Shown: piece after piece, positions 35,805-44,086 of the stretch
Numbering within the stretch: position 1 is the first letter of the stretch
Layout of the letters: every line of letters begins with the position of its first letter
Origin: an uncultured Candidatus Saccharibacteria bacterium
GTDB taxonomy: Bacteria; Patescibacteriota; Minisyncoccia; Phycocordibacterales; G965230995
Direction of reading: 5' to 3'
Assembly: GCA_965230995.1 (NCBI GenBank)
Contig: OZ246398.1
Location: forward strand, 464,213-528,212
Length of the DNA: 64,000 nt
Translations under genes and position numbers: made by a program
Notes under the pieces: generated by a model
The model's input: the letters and a program-made list of their open reading frames with translations, nothing else
Database searches by the model: none
What the model was told of the DNA's origin: nothing

Positions 35805-37850
35805 ATGTCTAATATAGTTACCTTTAAATATAATAAGAATAATTTTGACAAAATTAAGGATTATCATTTTGGAAAAAATTGGCCCGTGGTTTATGTCCTC
35901 GAAAACAAGAAAGAGGTTTATATCGGCCAGACAATAAATGCCTATTATAGAAGTAAACAACATTATGAAAATCCAGAGAGAAGAAAGCTAAGTGAGATTC
36001 ATATTATAACAGATGAGGAGTTTAATGTTTCTGCGACATTGGATATTGAGTCATGGCTCATTCAGTATATTTCCGCAGACGGTAAATATTTATTACAGAA
36101 TGGTAATGGAGGTCTAAGAAATCATAATTATTATGATAGGGTAAAATATGAGACTAAGTTCGAAATCACTTGGAATAAATTGCAGGAAAAGGGTATTGTG
36201 CATAACTCACTACATGACTTGAAGAATAGTGATTTATTTAAATACTCGCCATATAAATCTCTTACAGAAGATCAGTATATAATTTCAAGAGAAATTTTCT
36301 CGGATATTGTAAGTAGCCAGAACAACACAATTATTGTTAATGGAGGTGCTGGTATAGGTAAGACAATACTGGCTACTTATCTGCTTAAGTTTCTAAAGGA
36401 GCAAAAGGAAACAAGCCATCTTTCTATGGCCATTATTGTTCCAATGACACAGTTGCGCCAGTCAATTAAGAAGGTGTTTAAGAACATAAAAGGCTTATCA
36501 CCTGGTATGGTAATAAGCCCAAGTCAGGTAATTGGTGGTAAATATGATTTGGTCATTATAGATGAAGCGCATCGACTCCATCGTCCTTTAAATATTTCAA
36601 ATTTAGGCTCACATTACAAAAACAATGATAAATTAAGATTGTCGAAAAAAGAAGGAACTGAGTTGGATTGGATATTGAAGGAAACAAAAAAGCAAATATT
36701 TTTTTATGATGAAAAACAAACAGTGGGTCCATCTGGGGTTAGGAGTGAAGAATTCAAAAAAATAAATGCTAAAAATTTATTTCTTACAGGTCAAATGCGT
36801 ATTGAAGCTGGTGATGCCTACATTAAATTAATTGATGACTTTTTTAATCTTAGAAAAACAAGAAACAATAGTCTCGGAGAATATGAATTTGAGATTTATG
36901 ATGACATACGAAAATTATTTGATGACATAAAAGAAAGAAATACGAAACACGGTCTCTCTCGTGTTGTTGCTGGCTATGCTTGGCCATGGCATACAAAGCC
37001 CAATAGAAAAAAATCTAAAGATTACGACATAGAGATTGATGGATATAAGGCAGTTTGGAACTCAACAACTAAGGATTGGATGAATTCAAAAAATGCTATA
37101 AATGAAGTTGGGTGTATACATACTGTGCAGGGATATGGACTAAATTATGCTGGGGTTATAATTGGCCCGGAGTTTGGATATGATCCAAAAAGTAAAACTT
37201 TCTTCGTAGATAAGAAAAAATATTTTGACAGAAACGGTAGGGCTGGTGTTCATGATATATTAGAGCTAGAACAATATATTAAAAATATTTATAGAATTTT
37301 ATTAACACGTGGTATAAAGGGAACATATGTTTACGCTGTCGATAAAAATTTGAGAGATTACTTAAAAGATCAATTTAAGTTTAAAAATACTAAAGAAATT
37401 ATCAAAAGCAACAATATTAATAAAGAAAAAATACTTTCTCCATACGCAAATAACTATATTAATGTACCGTTAGTAGGATCTGCGCCTTGCGGAAATCCAT
37501 TATTGGGTGAAGAAAATATAGAAGATTATATTAAGGTAAAAAAAGAAAAAATAAAAATTGGATACAAATATTTTATTGTTAGGGCAGTTGGTGATTCCAT
37601 GAATATAGCTGGAATCAATGATCAAGATTTGGTTCTTTGTCGGTATTCGGAAAAGGGAGAAACTGGTGATAAGGTAATTGCGTTGTTGGGTGGTGAGAAT
37701 GTTACTATAAAGTTTTACGATAAAAGTGGAGATCGAAGAATACTACTACCAAAAAGCAGTAACCCAATACATAAACCAATTGTCCCAGAAGAGGGAGATA
37801 TTGTCCAGGGTGTAGTGCAGGAAGTTTTACCTCCTACTAATTTAAATTAA
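35805..37850 (+). CDS. Three-domain fusion: N-terminal GIY-YIG nuclease, DUF2075 (SF1-helicase-like P-loop ATPase), C-terminal LexA/UmuD-type S24 autopeptidase
   Basis: GIY-YIG: VVYVLENKKEVYIGQT…R…QHYE. DUF2075: Walker A IIVNGGAGIGKT, Walker B DLVIIDEAHRL, tail motif IHTVQGYGLNYAGVIIG. S24: cleavage loop VPLVGSAPC^GNPLLGEENIED, Ser motif VGDSM, Lys in VTIKFY, LLP…KPI tail. ATG at 35805 follows the MazG stop (the track's alternative start is 35760). Confidence 0.8.
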   Translation: MSNIVTFKYNKNNFDKIKDYHFGKNWPVVYVLENKKEVYIGQTINAYYRSKQHYENPERRKLSEIHIITDEEFNVSATLDIESWLIQYISADGKYLLQNGNGGLRNHNYYDRVKYETKFEITWNKLQEKGIVHNSLHDLKNSDLFKYSPYKSLTEDQYIISREIFSDIVSSQNNTIIVNGGAGIGKTILATYLLKFLKEQKETSHLSMAIIVPMTQLRQSIKKVFKNIKGLSPGMVISPSQVIGGKYDLVIIDEAHRLHRPLNISNLGSHYKNNDKLRLSKKEGTELDWILKETKKQIFFYDEKQTVGPSGVRSEEFKKINAKNLFLTGQMRIEAGDAYIKLIDDFFNLRKTRNNSLGEYEFEIYDDIRKLFDDIKERNTKHGLSRVVAGYAWPWHTKPNRKKSKDYDIEIDGYKAVWNSTTKDWMNSKNAINEVGCIHTVQGYGLNYAGVIIGPEFGYDPKSKTFFVDKKKYFDRNGRAGVHDILELEQYIKNIYRILLTRGIKGTYVYAVDKNLRDYLKDQFKFKNTKEIIKSNNINKEKILSPYANNYINVPLVGSAPCGNPLLGEENIEDYIKVKKEKIKIGYKYFIVRAVGDSMNIAGINDQDLVLCRYSEKGETGDKVIALLGGENVTIKFYDKSGDRRILLPKSSNPIHKPIVPEEGDIVQGVVQEVLPPTNLN

Positions 37851-37865
37851 AAAAAGTTAGCCCCT

Positions 37866-37890
37866 GCGGGTGCAGGGGCATGGACAACGA
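37866..37890 (+). terminator. Stem-loop agcccctgc-ggg-tgcaggggc after the fusion gene
   Basis: GC-rich hairpin immediately 3' of the stop codon; no clean U-tract. Confidence 0.4.
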
Positions 37891-37973
37891 ACGGGGCAAA
37901 ACGAACGAACGGGCGCCAGTTTGGTGGTTCCTAGCTCACCAAGCGAAGGAGTAAACGACAGGCCTGTTTACAC

Positions 37974-38567
37974 CTAGACCGGAGTGGAAGTGAACCACTT
38001 CCAGTGGAGAATGTGCATCGGGCTCACATTCTGATCTGGCAGGTCGGTGCGCGGCGTAGTGAGAACCATTTTGCGGTAATCATCCCAATACGCACGCTCC
38101 ATCTCCAGATAGGTGTTTCGGCATGCACCGGGGTTCTTGTCTATCTCGGCCCTAAGTGAGGACACGAGATCATCCAAGGTTTCGTGTACAGCGGGGTCTG
38201 CGGAGAATTCGTCCTGAGGTATGGTTGGCGTCTGTTGGTTTTGCCAACCCTTACTTACCACATCACGACGAGCGGTTTGCAACAATGCAAAGCAACTCTC
38301 CGTTGTGATTGGTGATGCGTTGTCGTCAGTCCAACACGAGGTAGCCCCGATGCTGTTCGGCATGTTACGCCTTCCGTTGAACCTGACGTCGAGAAGGCAA
38401 GCCCTGAGCTGAATGAGCTGGTGAATGTAGCAAGGACGTGCCGGAACAAGACCGTCTGCGGTCTTCTTCGAGAGAATCTTTACGCAAAGTCTCTCCAGTG
38501 GTCCTTGCATTACTTCCCGGACCCCATCCATGGGTCGTGAGTCACGGTGGTCGATGAGATTGCTCAT
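37974..38567 (-). CDS. Hypothetical protein, GC-rich islet gene 1 (RBS aaGGAGGac upstream)
   Basis: 197-aa ORF, atypical composition, own promoter-like motif at 38609-38633. Confidence 0.45.
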   Translation of the reverse strand: MSNLIDHRDSRPMDGVREVMQGPLERLCVKILSKKTADGLVPARPCYIHQLIQLRACLLDVRFNGRRNMPNSIGATSCWTDDNASPITTESCFALLQTARRDVVSKGWQNQQTPTIPQDEFSADPAVHETLDDLVSSLRAEIDKNPGACRNTYLEMERAYWDDYRKMVLTTPRTDLPDQNVSPMHILHWKWFTSTPV

Positions 38568-38608
38568 ATAGTCCTCCTTCGCAAGTTGTGGTTTCTCGGT
38601 TGTGTGTT

Positions 38609-38633
38609 CTATGACAAAACAGTTCTATTTCAA
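38609..38633 (-). promoter_or_regulatory. Conserved promoter/operator-like motif TTGAAATAGAACTGTTTTGTCATAG (minus strand) upstream of 37974..38567
   Basis: Near-identical to the motif at 39356-39380. Contains an AGAAC-N-GTTYT inverted repeat. Confidence 0.45.
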
Positions 38634-38733
38634 CACTATCACCATTCATATTTCAAGACAATATATATAAAAAGCGCCCCTCTACGTGAGAGGGGCGGGT
38701 GACACGGGGACGAGAACGGTGGTGCGGTGAAAA

Positions 38734-39330
38734 CTACTTCAGCTCAATCAGGTCGTGATCCACCATGTGCAACGCTGAGACCATGCGGACCCTCAGGTCA
38801 GCCCTGACCGGCAGGAGCTTTTCCTTGATCTTGTTCCAGTAGTTGAGTTCAGCCATGAGTGCTTGGAATTGATCGGGAGTAAGTTCCAGATCGTCCGTTG
38901 TGGCAATGAGAACGCCCACAATGGCATCAATAACCAAGTGGACAATCTGGTTTGCCCAGAACTTCTCCTTCTTGATCACGATGTGAGGAATCGGCGCCGA
39001 CGCGTCATGGGGGTGGCTGGCCAAGTGCTTTTGATGAGCGTGATCAGTGTGGATCAGGATACCCCGGCCACTCGAAGGGAAAAGAGCAAAAGAAGAACTT
39101 GGCGGTTCAAGCTCAGCATTCTTATATAGCTCGTGACCCCTGGCCTGCATCATGTTGTAGAGGACACAGAGGTGAACAGGGAAACGAGGACCTCTGCTTA
39201 CCCTGGTCATATTGTCCAACAAAAGATTGCAGACCCAGTCAAATTGATCCTCCAAGACATCAATCACGAGGGGTAGTGGTTCCAGTTCAAGTCGACGCAA
39301 CACCTCGAGGTCTGTTGTAGGTCCAGACAT
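38734..39330 (-). CDS. Hypothetical protein, GC-rich islet gene 2
   Basis: 198-aa ORF, atypical composition, own copy of the promoter-like motif. Confidence 0.45.
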   Translation of the reverse strand: MSGPTTDLEVLRRLELEPLPLVIDVLEDQFDWVCNLLLDNMTRVSRGPRFPVHLCVLYNMMQARGHELYKNAELEPPSSSFALFPSSGRGILIHTDHAHQKHLASHPHDASAPIPHIVIKKEKFWANQIVHLVIDAIVGVLIATTDDLELTPDQFQALMAELNYWNKIKEKLLPVRADLRVRMVSALHMVDHDLIELK

Positions 39331-39355
39331 GGCTTTCTCCCGTTATGGTTTAGCA

Positions 39356-39380
39356 CTGTGACAGAACGGTTCTATATCAA
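39356..39380 (-). promoter_or_regulatory. Conserved promoter/operator-like motif TTGATATAGAACCGTTCTGTCACAG (minus strand) upstream of 38734..39330
   Basis: Second copy of the 25-nt motif. Perfect AGAAC-c-GTTCT palindrome. Confidence 0.45.
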
Positions 39381-39503
39381 CATTAGCACTGTTACAAAAT
39401 CATCTAAATATTGACGAAATGCTGTGGTGATTTATAATAAAGGGATGATAACACGAAAATAGCTTAACATTATAAATTAAGTACCGCGCAGCGGTTTTCG
39501 TGT

Positions 39504-40937
39504 ATGCAAAAGCAAAAAAACGCACAATCTATTATTTTATCGTGTACTCATCTATCAAAAAAATTCGAAGATCTTGAAGTCCTAAAGGATGTTTCTTTTA
39601 CTGTCCACAAAGGAGAAAAAATTGGTTTGGTTGGTCCAAATGGTTCTGGCAAAAGTACATTGCTAAAAATAATTGCTGGTGAAATTAAAAATGATTCCGG
39701 TTCTGTCACTTTTGGTCAAAATATTAAAATAGAATATTTTCCTCAAGTCAGATTATCGCAGGATGAACAAAGCGGTGGTGAAATAGCAAAGAAAATACTT
39801 GCACCTATAATGGCGTCTTCTGCTGATCTGTTTCTGTTAGATGAACCAACAAATGATTTGGACGAGGATGGTCTGTCTATGGTTGAAAAATTTGTCACGG
39901 GAAGTGATAAAAGTTTTTTGATTATTTCTCACGATAGAATGTTTCTCGACAAAACAGTTTCGAAGATTATTGAAATCGACGAGACGACGAGAACTAATTT
40001 TATCTACGACGGAGGATATTCAGATTATGCTATAGAAAAATTAAACAAAATTGAAAGACAATGGAAAAATTATTCAGATAAAGCAGAAAAGCAAGAAAAG
40101 CTTCAGAGTACGACAAAACAAAAAGACGATTGGGTAAGGGAAATTGAAAAAAAGAGAAAAAATATCAAAAAACTGGCAATTCACGAAAAGGAAAAGCCAA
40201 ATGCTGCCGATTTGCGAGACGCCGAAGCGAGAGCCTCGAGACGTGCTGTAGTAATGAAGAGAAAGCTGGAAAGGTTTGTCGAAAAAACAAAAGACATAGA
40301 AAAGCCAAAAAGATTGTTGCCATTACATATTGATTTTGAAACAACACGAGGAAGTACGATTGTGTTTGAATTGAAAGACGTCGTAAAGAAAATTGGTGAT
40401 AAAGAAATTGGTCCGTTTAATTTTGTAATCCAATACGGGCAACGGCTGCATATTACTGGTCCAAACGGTTCGGGAAAAAGTACATTGATTAAAATGCTAC
40501 TTTCAGAAATAAAAAACGATTCTGGAAATATTAAAATAGGAAATGATGTAACTGTTGGCTACATACCTCAGGAAAGATCAAAAAATTTAATTGGCAAAAA
40601 CCCAGTCGAGCATTTTTTGAATTCGGTTTCTGGAATACCAGAGACAGATGCGAGAAAAATTCTCAATCGTTTTAGGATTAACGGCGAAGATGTAAAAAAA
40701 GACATATCACAGCTAAGCCCTGGTGAATATTCACGTTTGCTCATTGCGGAACTTGTTGCAAAAAAACCGAATTGCATAATTTTGGACGAGCCGAGCAACC
40801 ATTTGGATCTCGAAGTCCTAGAAGAGCTCGAGAGTGGTCTTGTGGAATATAAAGGAACGCTAATTGTGGTTAGTCACGACAGATATATGACAGAAAAATT
40901 AAACCTTGAAAAAAGTATCTATATAGAAAAGTGTTGA
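39504..40937 (+). CDS. ABC-F family ATPase (two nucleotide-binding domains, no TM)
   Basis: Two Walker A motifs GPNGSGKSTL, two signature-like motifs, short inter-domain linker. Confidence 0.7.
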   Translation: MQKQKNAQSIILSCTHLSKKFEDLEVLKDVSFTVHKGEKIGLVGPNGSGKSTLLKIIAGEIKNDSGSVTFGQNIKIEYFPQVRLSQDEQSGGEIAKKILAPIMASSADLFLLDEPTNDLDEDGLSMVEKFVTGSDKSFLIISHDRMFLDKTVSKIIEIDETTRTNFIYDGGYSDYAIEKLNKIERQWKNYSDKAEKQEKLQSTTKQKDDWVREIEKKRKNIKKLAIHEKEKPNAADLRDAEARASRRAVVMKRKLERFVEKTKDIEKPKRLLPLHIDFETTRGSTIVFELKDVVKKIGDKEIGPFNFVIQYGQRLHITGPNGSGKSTLIKMLLSEIKNDSGNIKIGNDVTVGYIPQERSKNLIGKNPVEHFLNSVSGIPETDARKILNRFRINGEDVKKDISQLSPGEYSRLLIAELVAKKPNCIILDEPSNHLDLEVLEELESGLVEYKGTLIVVSHDRYMTEKLNLEKSIYIEKC

Positions 40938-41010
40938 AAATAAATTGTGTTTGGCTATTTCTTTTAATCGATTAATTCTGATAATCTATATGCATAAATA
41001 ATAAAACAAT

Positions 41011-41526
41011 ATGTATAATATTCATCCGATTTTTGTCCATTTTCCGATAGCTCTCTTGTGTTTATATTCGATTATAAAAATACTTCCATTAAAAAAATGG
41101 TTGCCAAAGATTGCGTGGGCGGACGTGGGTTTTGTTGTGTTGCTGGTAGGTGTTTTGGGTGCTTTTAGTGCACTTTTAACAGGAGAAGTAGCAGAGGATA
41201 TTGTTAGGACAAGTCATAAATTAGTCGAACTGCATTCGTCTTTTGCTGTCGGTGCCACTTGGCTTTATGGGGCGTTGCTTGTAGGGGAATTATCTAGAAT
41301 TATATTGTCACTGCAGATTATTGAAAAACCAGCATTAGTAAATGTTAAAAAAGGTCTTACTATTCTTAAAAAAATATTCTATGCTGACCTTTTTGCAAAG
41401 GTACTTTCTGTTTTGGCACTGCTTGCAATTACGATGACCGGTCTTTTGGGTGGGGCAATTGTTTACGGTACAACTGCGGATCCGTTTACGGGTATTGTGT
41501 TAAAAATGTTTGGTATTTTTATTTAA
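41011..41526 (+). CDS. Multi-TM membrane protein, hypothetical
   Basis: 171 aa, four or five hydrophobic helices. Confidence 0.35.
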   Translation: MYNIHPIFVHFPIALLCLYSIIKILPLKKWLPKIAWADVGFVVLLVGVLGAFSALLTGEVAEDIVRTSHKLVELHSSFAVGATWLYGALLVGELSRIILSLQIIEKPALVNVKKGLTILKKIFYADLFAKVLSVLALLAITMTGLLGGAIVYGTTADPFTGIVLKMFGIFI

Positions 41527-41532
41527 AATTGT

Positions 41533-42942
41533 CTAAAAAAGTATATTTAGGATAACTCCTTTTATCGTAATATAAGCAAAATATATGAAGAACAAGGATA
41601 TTGCTGTCATTATGATATTTGTAATCGTGTTAGGACGAAGCTCTCTTGGAAGTTTTGTATTGTTTAGATAAATAAGTAGTGGTGTATAAATTGCCATTGT
41701 GAGACCCCCGAGAACTCCTGATACAGTGAGCCATGTTAGTGGTTGATTGTGTGGAATTAGAATTGCACCAATCAAAACAACAAAAATGACTATTGCATAA
41801 TACATATGCGAAAGACTGTATTTTTTTATATGTCTAAAAATTGAATCCGGATGAGCGAGGTGTGTGTTTGTATATATAATATCGCTAACAATTCTCGCAA
41901 GTGCGTCTATAACAGTCCACATAACTGAAAATAGCATAAGGAATGCCATCACAAGAAAAAGTTTAAAACCAAATACTCCCCACAGATCACCAAAAATGTT
42001 TGCTTGTACCACAGCAATTTGCATACCTTCTGGGACTAGACCTTTTGGTGTAAGTACAGCATAGGCATTTAAGGAAAGCAAAATTAATGTGAGAAAACCA
42101 AGAAGCCAAAAAACGAGACCTTGATCAATTCGAACATAACGCATCCAGCCTTTCCATTTTTTCAAATTTTCTTCATTTATTGGAAACGTATGTCCGATAG
42201 GGGAAACAGCTTCGGTTTTTCCTGTAATTGGGTTTGCTATTCTACCTGAATAATGACCCATACCATTTCCTTTGTCTCGATACCAGAGAGAAATACAAAG
42301 ATTGAGCATTCCGCCAGCACCAGCAAATACAACAGCAGTAAGAAGTGTATTCATCGGAACATCTGCGGGAATACTTCCGATATTAAACAAGCCTTTGATT
42401 GCAAGTTTTAATGTCTCTGCATCAATATTAAAGAAACTAAAACCGAGCAATATCAAAAAGAAAAGTGGAACGATAATCTTGAGGGTTTTTTCAAGCATTC
42501 CATAAGCCATTTTTCCACTAAAGGTAAGGATCAGTACCAGAGCAAGGGCGACATATGCCCAAGAATTATTTGTTCCAAAACCAAAAAGTCCGTTTAAGGT
42601 TGTTCCGATAGAACCAGCCCATCCCGGCCAAATATACAAAAGTATTGCAGAGGGTAACCAAAAAATTGGTATCCATTTAATTAATCTTGCAGAAGATGTA
42701 AAAAAGCTTTCTCCTGTTGCTAATGTATGTCTTGCGACTTCTTGGTTTATAAAAAACTGACAAGAAATACCGATTAATGCAAGCCATAATAAATCAAGCC
42801 CATATTTTGTAACCAAGTGTGGCCAGAGAATTAATTCTCCTGTGCCCATCGCAAGACCCATCACTACAATTCCAACACCGACGGCTTTTGTCCAATGTGG
42901 TGGATTTGGCAAATCTTTTGTTCCAAGTTTTGGATATATCAT
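41533..42942 (-). CDS. Polytopic membrane transporter (10-12 TM; family uncertain)
   Basis: 469 aa, hydrophobic throughout. Confidence 0.35.
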   Translation of the reverse strand: MIYPKLGTKDLPNPPHWTKAVGVGIVVMGLAMGTGELILWPHLVTKYGLDLLWLALIGISCQFFINQEVARHTLATGESFFTSSARLIKWIPIFWLPSAILLYIWPGWAGSIGTTLNGLFGFGTNNSWAYVALALVLILTFSGKMAYGMLEKTLKIIVPLFFLILLGFSFFNIDAETLKLAIKGLFNIGSIPADVPMNTLLTAVVFAGAGGMLNLCISLWYRDKGNGMGHYSGRIANPITGKTEAVSPIGHTFPINEENLKKWKGWMRYVRIDQGLVFWLLGFLTLILLSLNAYAVLTPKGLVPEGMQIAVVQANIFGDLWGVFGFKLFLVMAFLMLFSVMWTVIDALARIVSDIIYTNTHLAHPDSIFRHIKKYSLSHMYYAIVIFVVLIGAILIPHNQPLTWLTVSGVLGGLTMAIYTPLLIYLNNTKLPRELRPNTITNIIMTAISLFFIYFAYITIKGVILNILF

Positions 42943-42953
42943 AGAAAAATTAT

Positions 42954-42984
42954 AGCACGAATTTTGCGAAGCAAAATTCGTGCT
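42954..42984. promoter_or_regulatory. Palindrome agcacgaattttgc-gaa-gcaaaattcgtgct between divergent gene starts
   Basis: Same CGAATTTTGC-N3-GCAAAATTCG core as 33531-33559. Confidence 0.45.
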
Positions 42985-42995
42985 AAAATATAAAC

Positions 42996-43517
42996 ATGAT
43001 GTACAAAATAGGTGACGTTGTTTCTGTTAATAACAAAATGCAAAAGGGATATTCTTTTGTAATTTCAGAAAAAGAAGGTCAAAATTTTCATCCAGATTTT
43101 CGCCCGGATCTTTCTCCAAAGGAAATGCTCGAAATAGGTGTCTTTGGCGGAAAATATATGAGCGATATGCCAAGCGAATATCCAAAAGATTGGTTTAAAA
43201 ATGCAAAACTTACAACTGACGGAAAAAGACACGAGGAATTGAATTTTTTCAAAATAAATGCAAGTCAACCTCTATCTGTTTGGAGGAAAAAAGGATGGAT
43301 AAATGAAATGGACCCACGCGGTTGGTTTGAATGGTATTGCAGATATTATCTCGGAAGAAGAGAAAAAGACGAAGACGAAAGGCAAATAAAACGCTGGAAG
43401 GCCATAAAAAGACATATTGGCCAAATTGTAAAAAACTGCAAGGCTGGAGATCAGTTTTGCCGTCCAAAACAGAAACAGGCTATTCTCCACTGGGCATATG
43501 ACAGTAGAAAAATGTGA
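42996..43517 (+). CDS. Hypothetical basic protein (PRGWFEWYCRYYLGRR motif)
   Basis: 173 aa; no confident family assignment. Confidence 0.3.
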   Translation: MMYKIGDVVSVNNKMQKGYSFVISEKEGQNFHPDFRPDLSPKEMLEIGVFGGKYMSDMPSEYPKDWFKNAKLTTDGKRHEELNFFKINASQPLSVWRKKGWINEMDPRGWFEWYCRYYLGRREKDEDERQIKRWKAIKRHIGQIVKNCKAGDQFCRPKQKQAILHWAYDSRKM

Positions 43518-43530
43518 TATAATTTGATCT

Positions 43531-44061
43531 ATGACAACAACAGATCCAGCAAAAATCGCACAATTAAAAGCAAATGTAGAAAGAATCAAGTCGGAAATTA
43601 CATCACTCGATCAACAAATGAGTGTTGCTAAAAATAAACTAACACAAGTCGAACAAGAAAAATCAGAAAAGGAAAAATTAACACAGACAGTAGAGCAGTC
43701 CATAAGAACACAAGAACAAGTTAAACAACAAATTGACGGCGAGATATACACAAAAAAACAGCAGATTGAAAGGGAACAGGAACAGTTTAGGAGAGATATC
43801 GAGAATCAAATTAATGTAAAAAAACGACAGTTTGAAGTAATGCTAGATCAATTCAAAAAAGATGCCGAAAATAGAAAGAATAGTATTGTACGAGAAATTG
43901 ACAAATTGAGGACTGATTTAAGCAATGCAAAAAGTGGGACAGGTAGTCTAGATACAAAAAGGAGGCTGGCAGATGGAGAAATAGAGAAAATTGAAAGTCA
44001 AAAAGATAATAAAAAAAGAGAATTAGCAGCAGCTGAAATGGAATTGAGAAAAGCCGCCTAG
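43531..44061 (+). CDS. Gln/Glu-rich coiled-coil protein
   Basis: 176 aa, heptad-like periodicity. Confidence 0.35.
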   Translation: MTTTDPAKIAQLKANVERIKSEITSLDQQMSVAKNKLTQVEQEKSEKEKLTQTVEQSIRTQEQVKQQIDGEIYTKKQQIEREQEQFRRDIENQINVKKRQFEVMLDQFKKDAENRKNSIVREIDKLRTDLSNAKSGTGSLDTKRRLADGEIEKIESQKDNKKRELAAAEMELRKAA

Positions 44062-44086
44062 TTTTGTTTTGAAATAGAATTCCATA

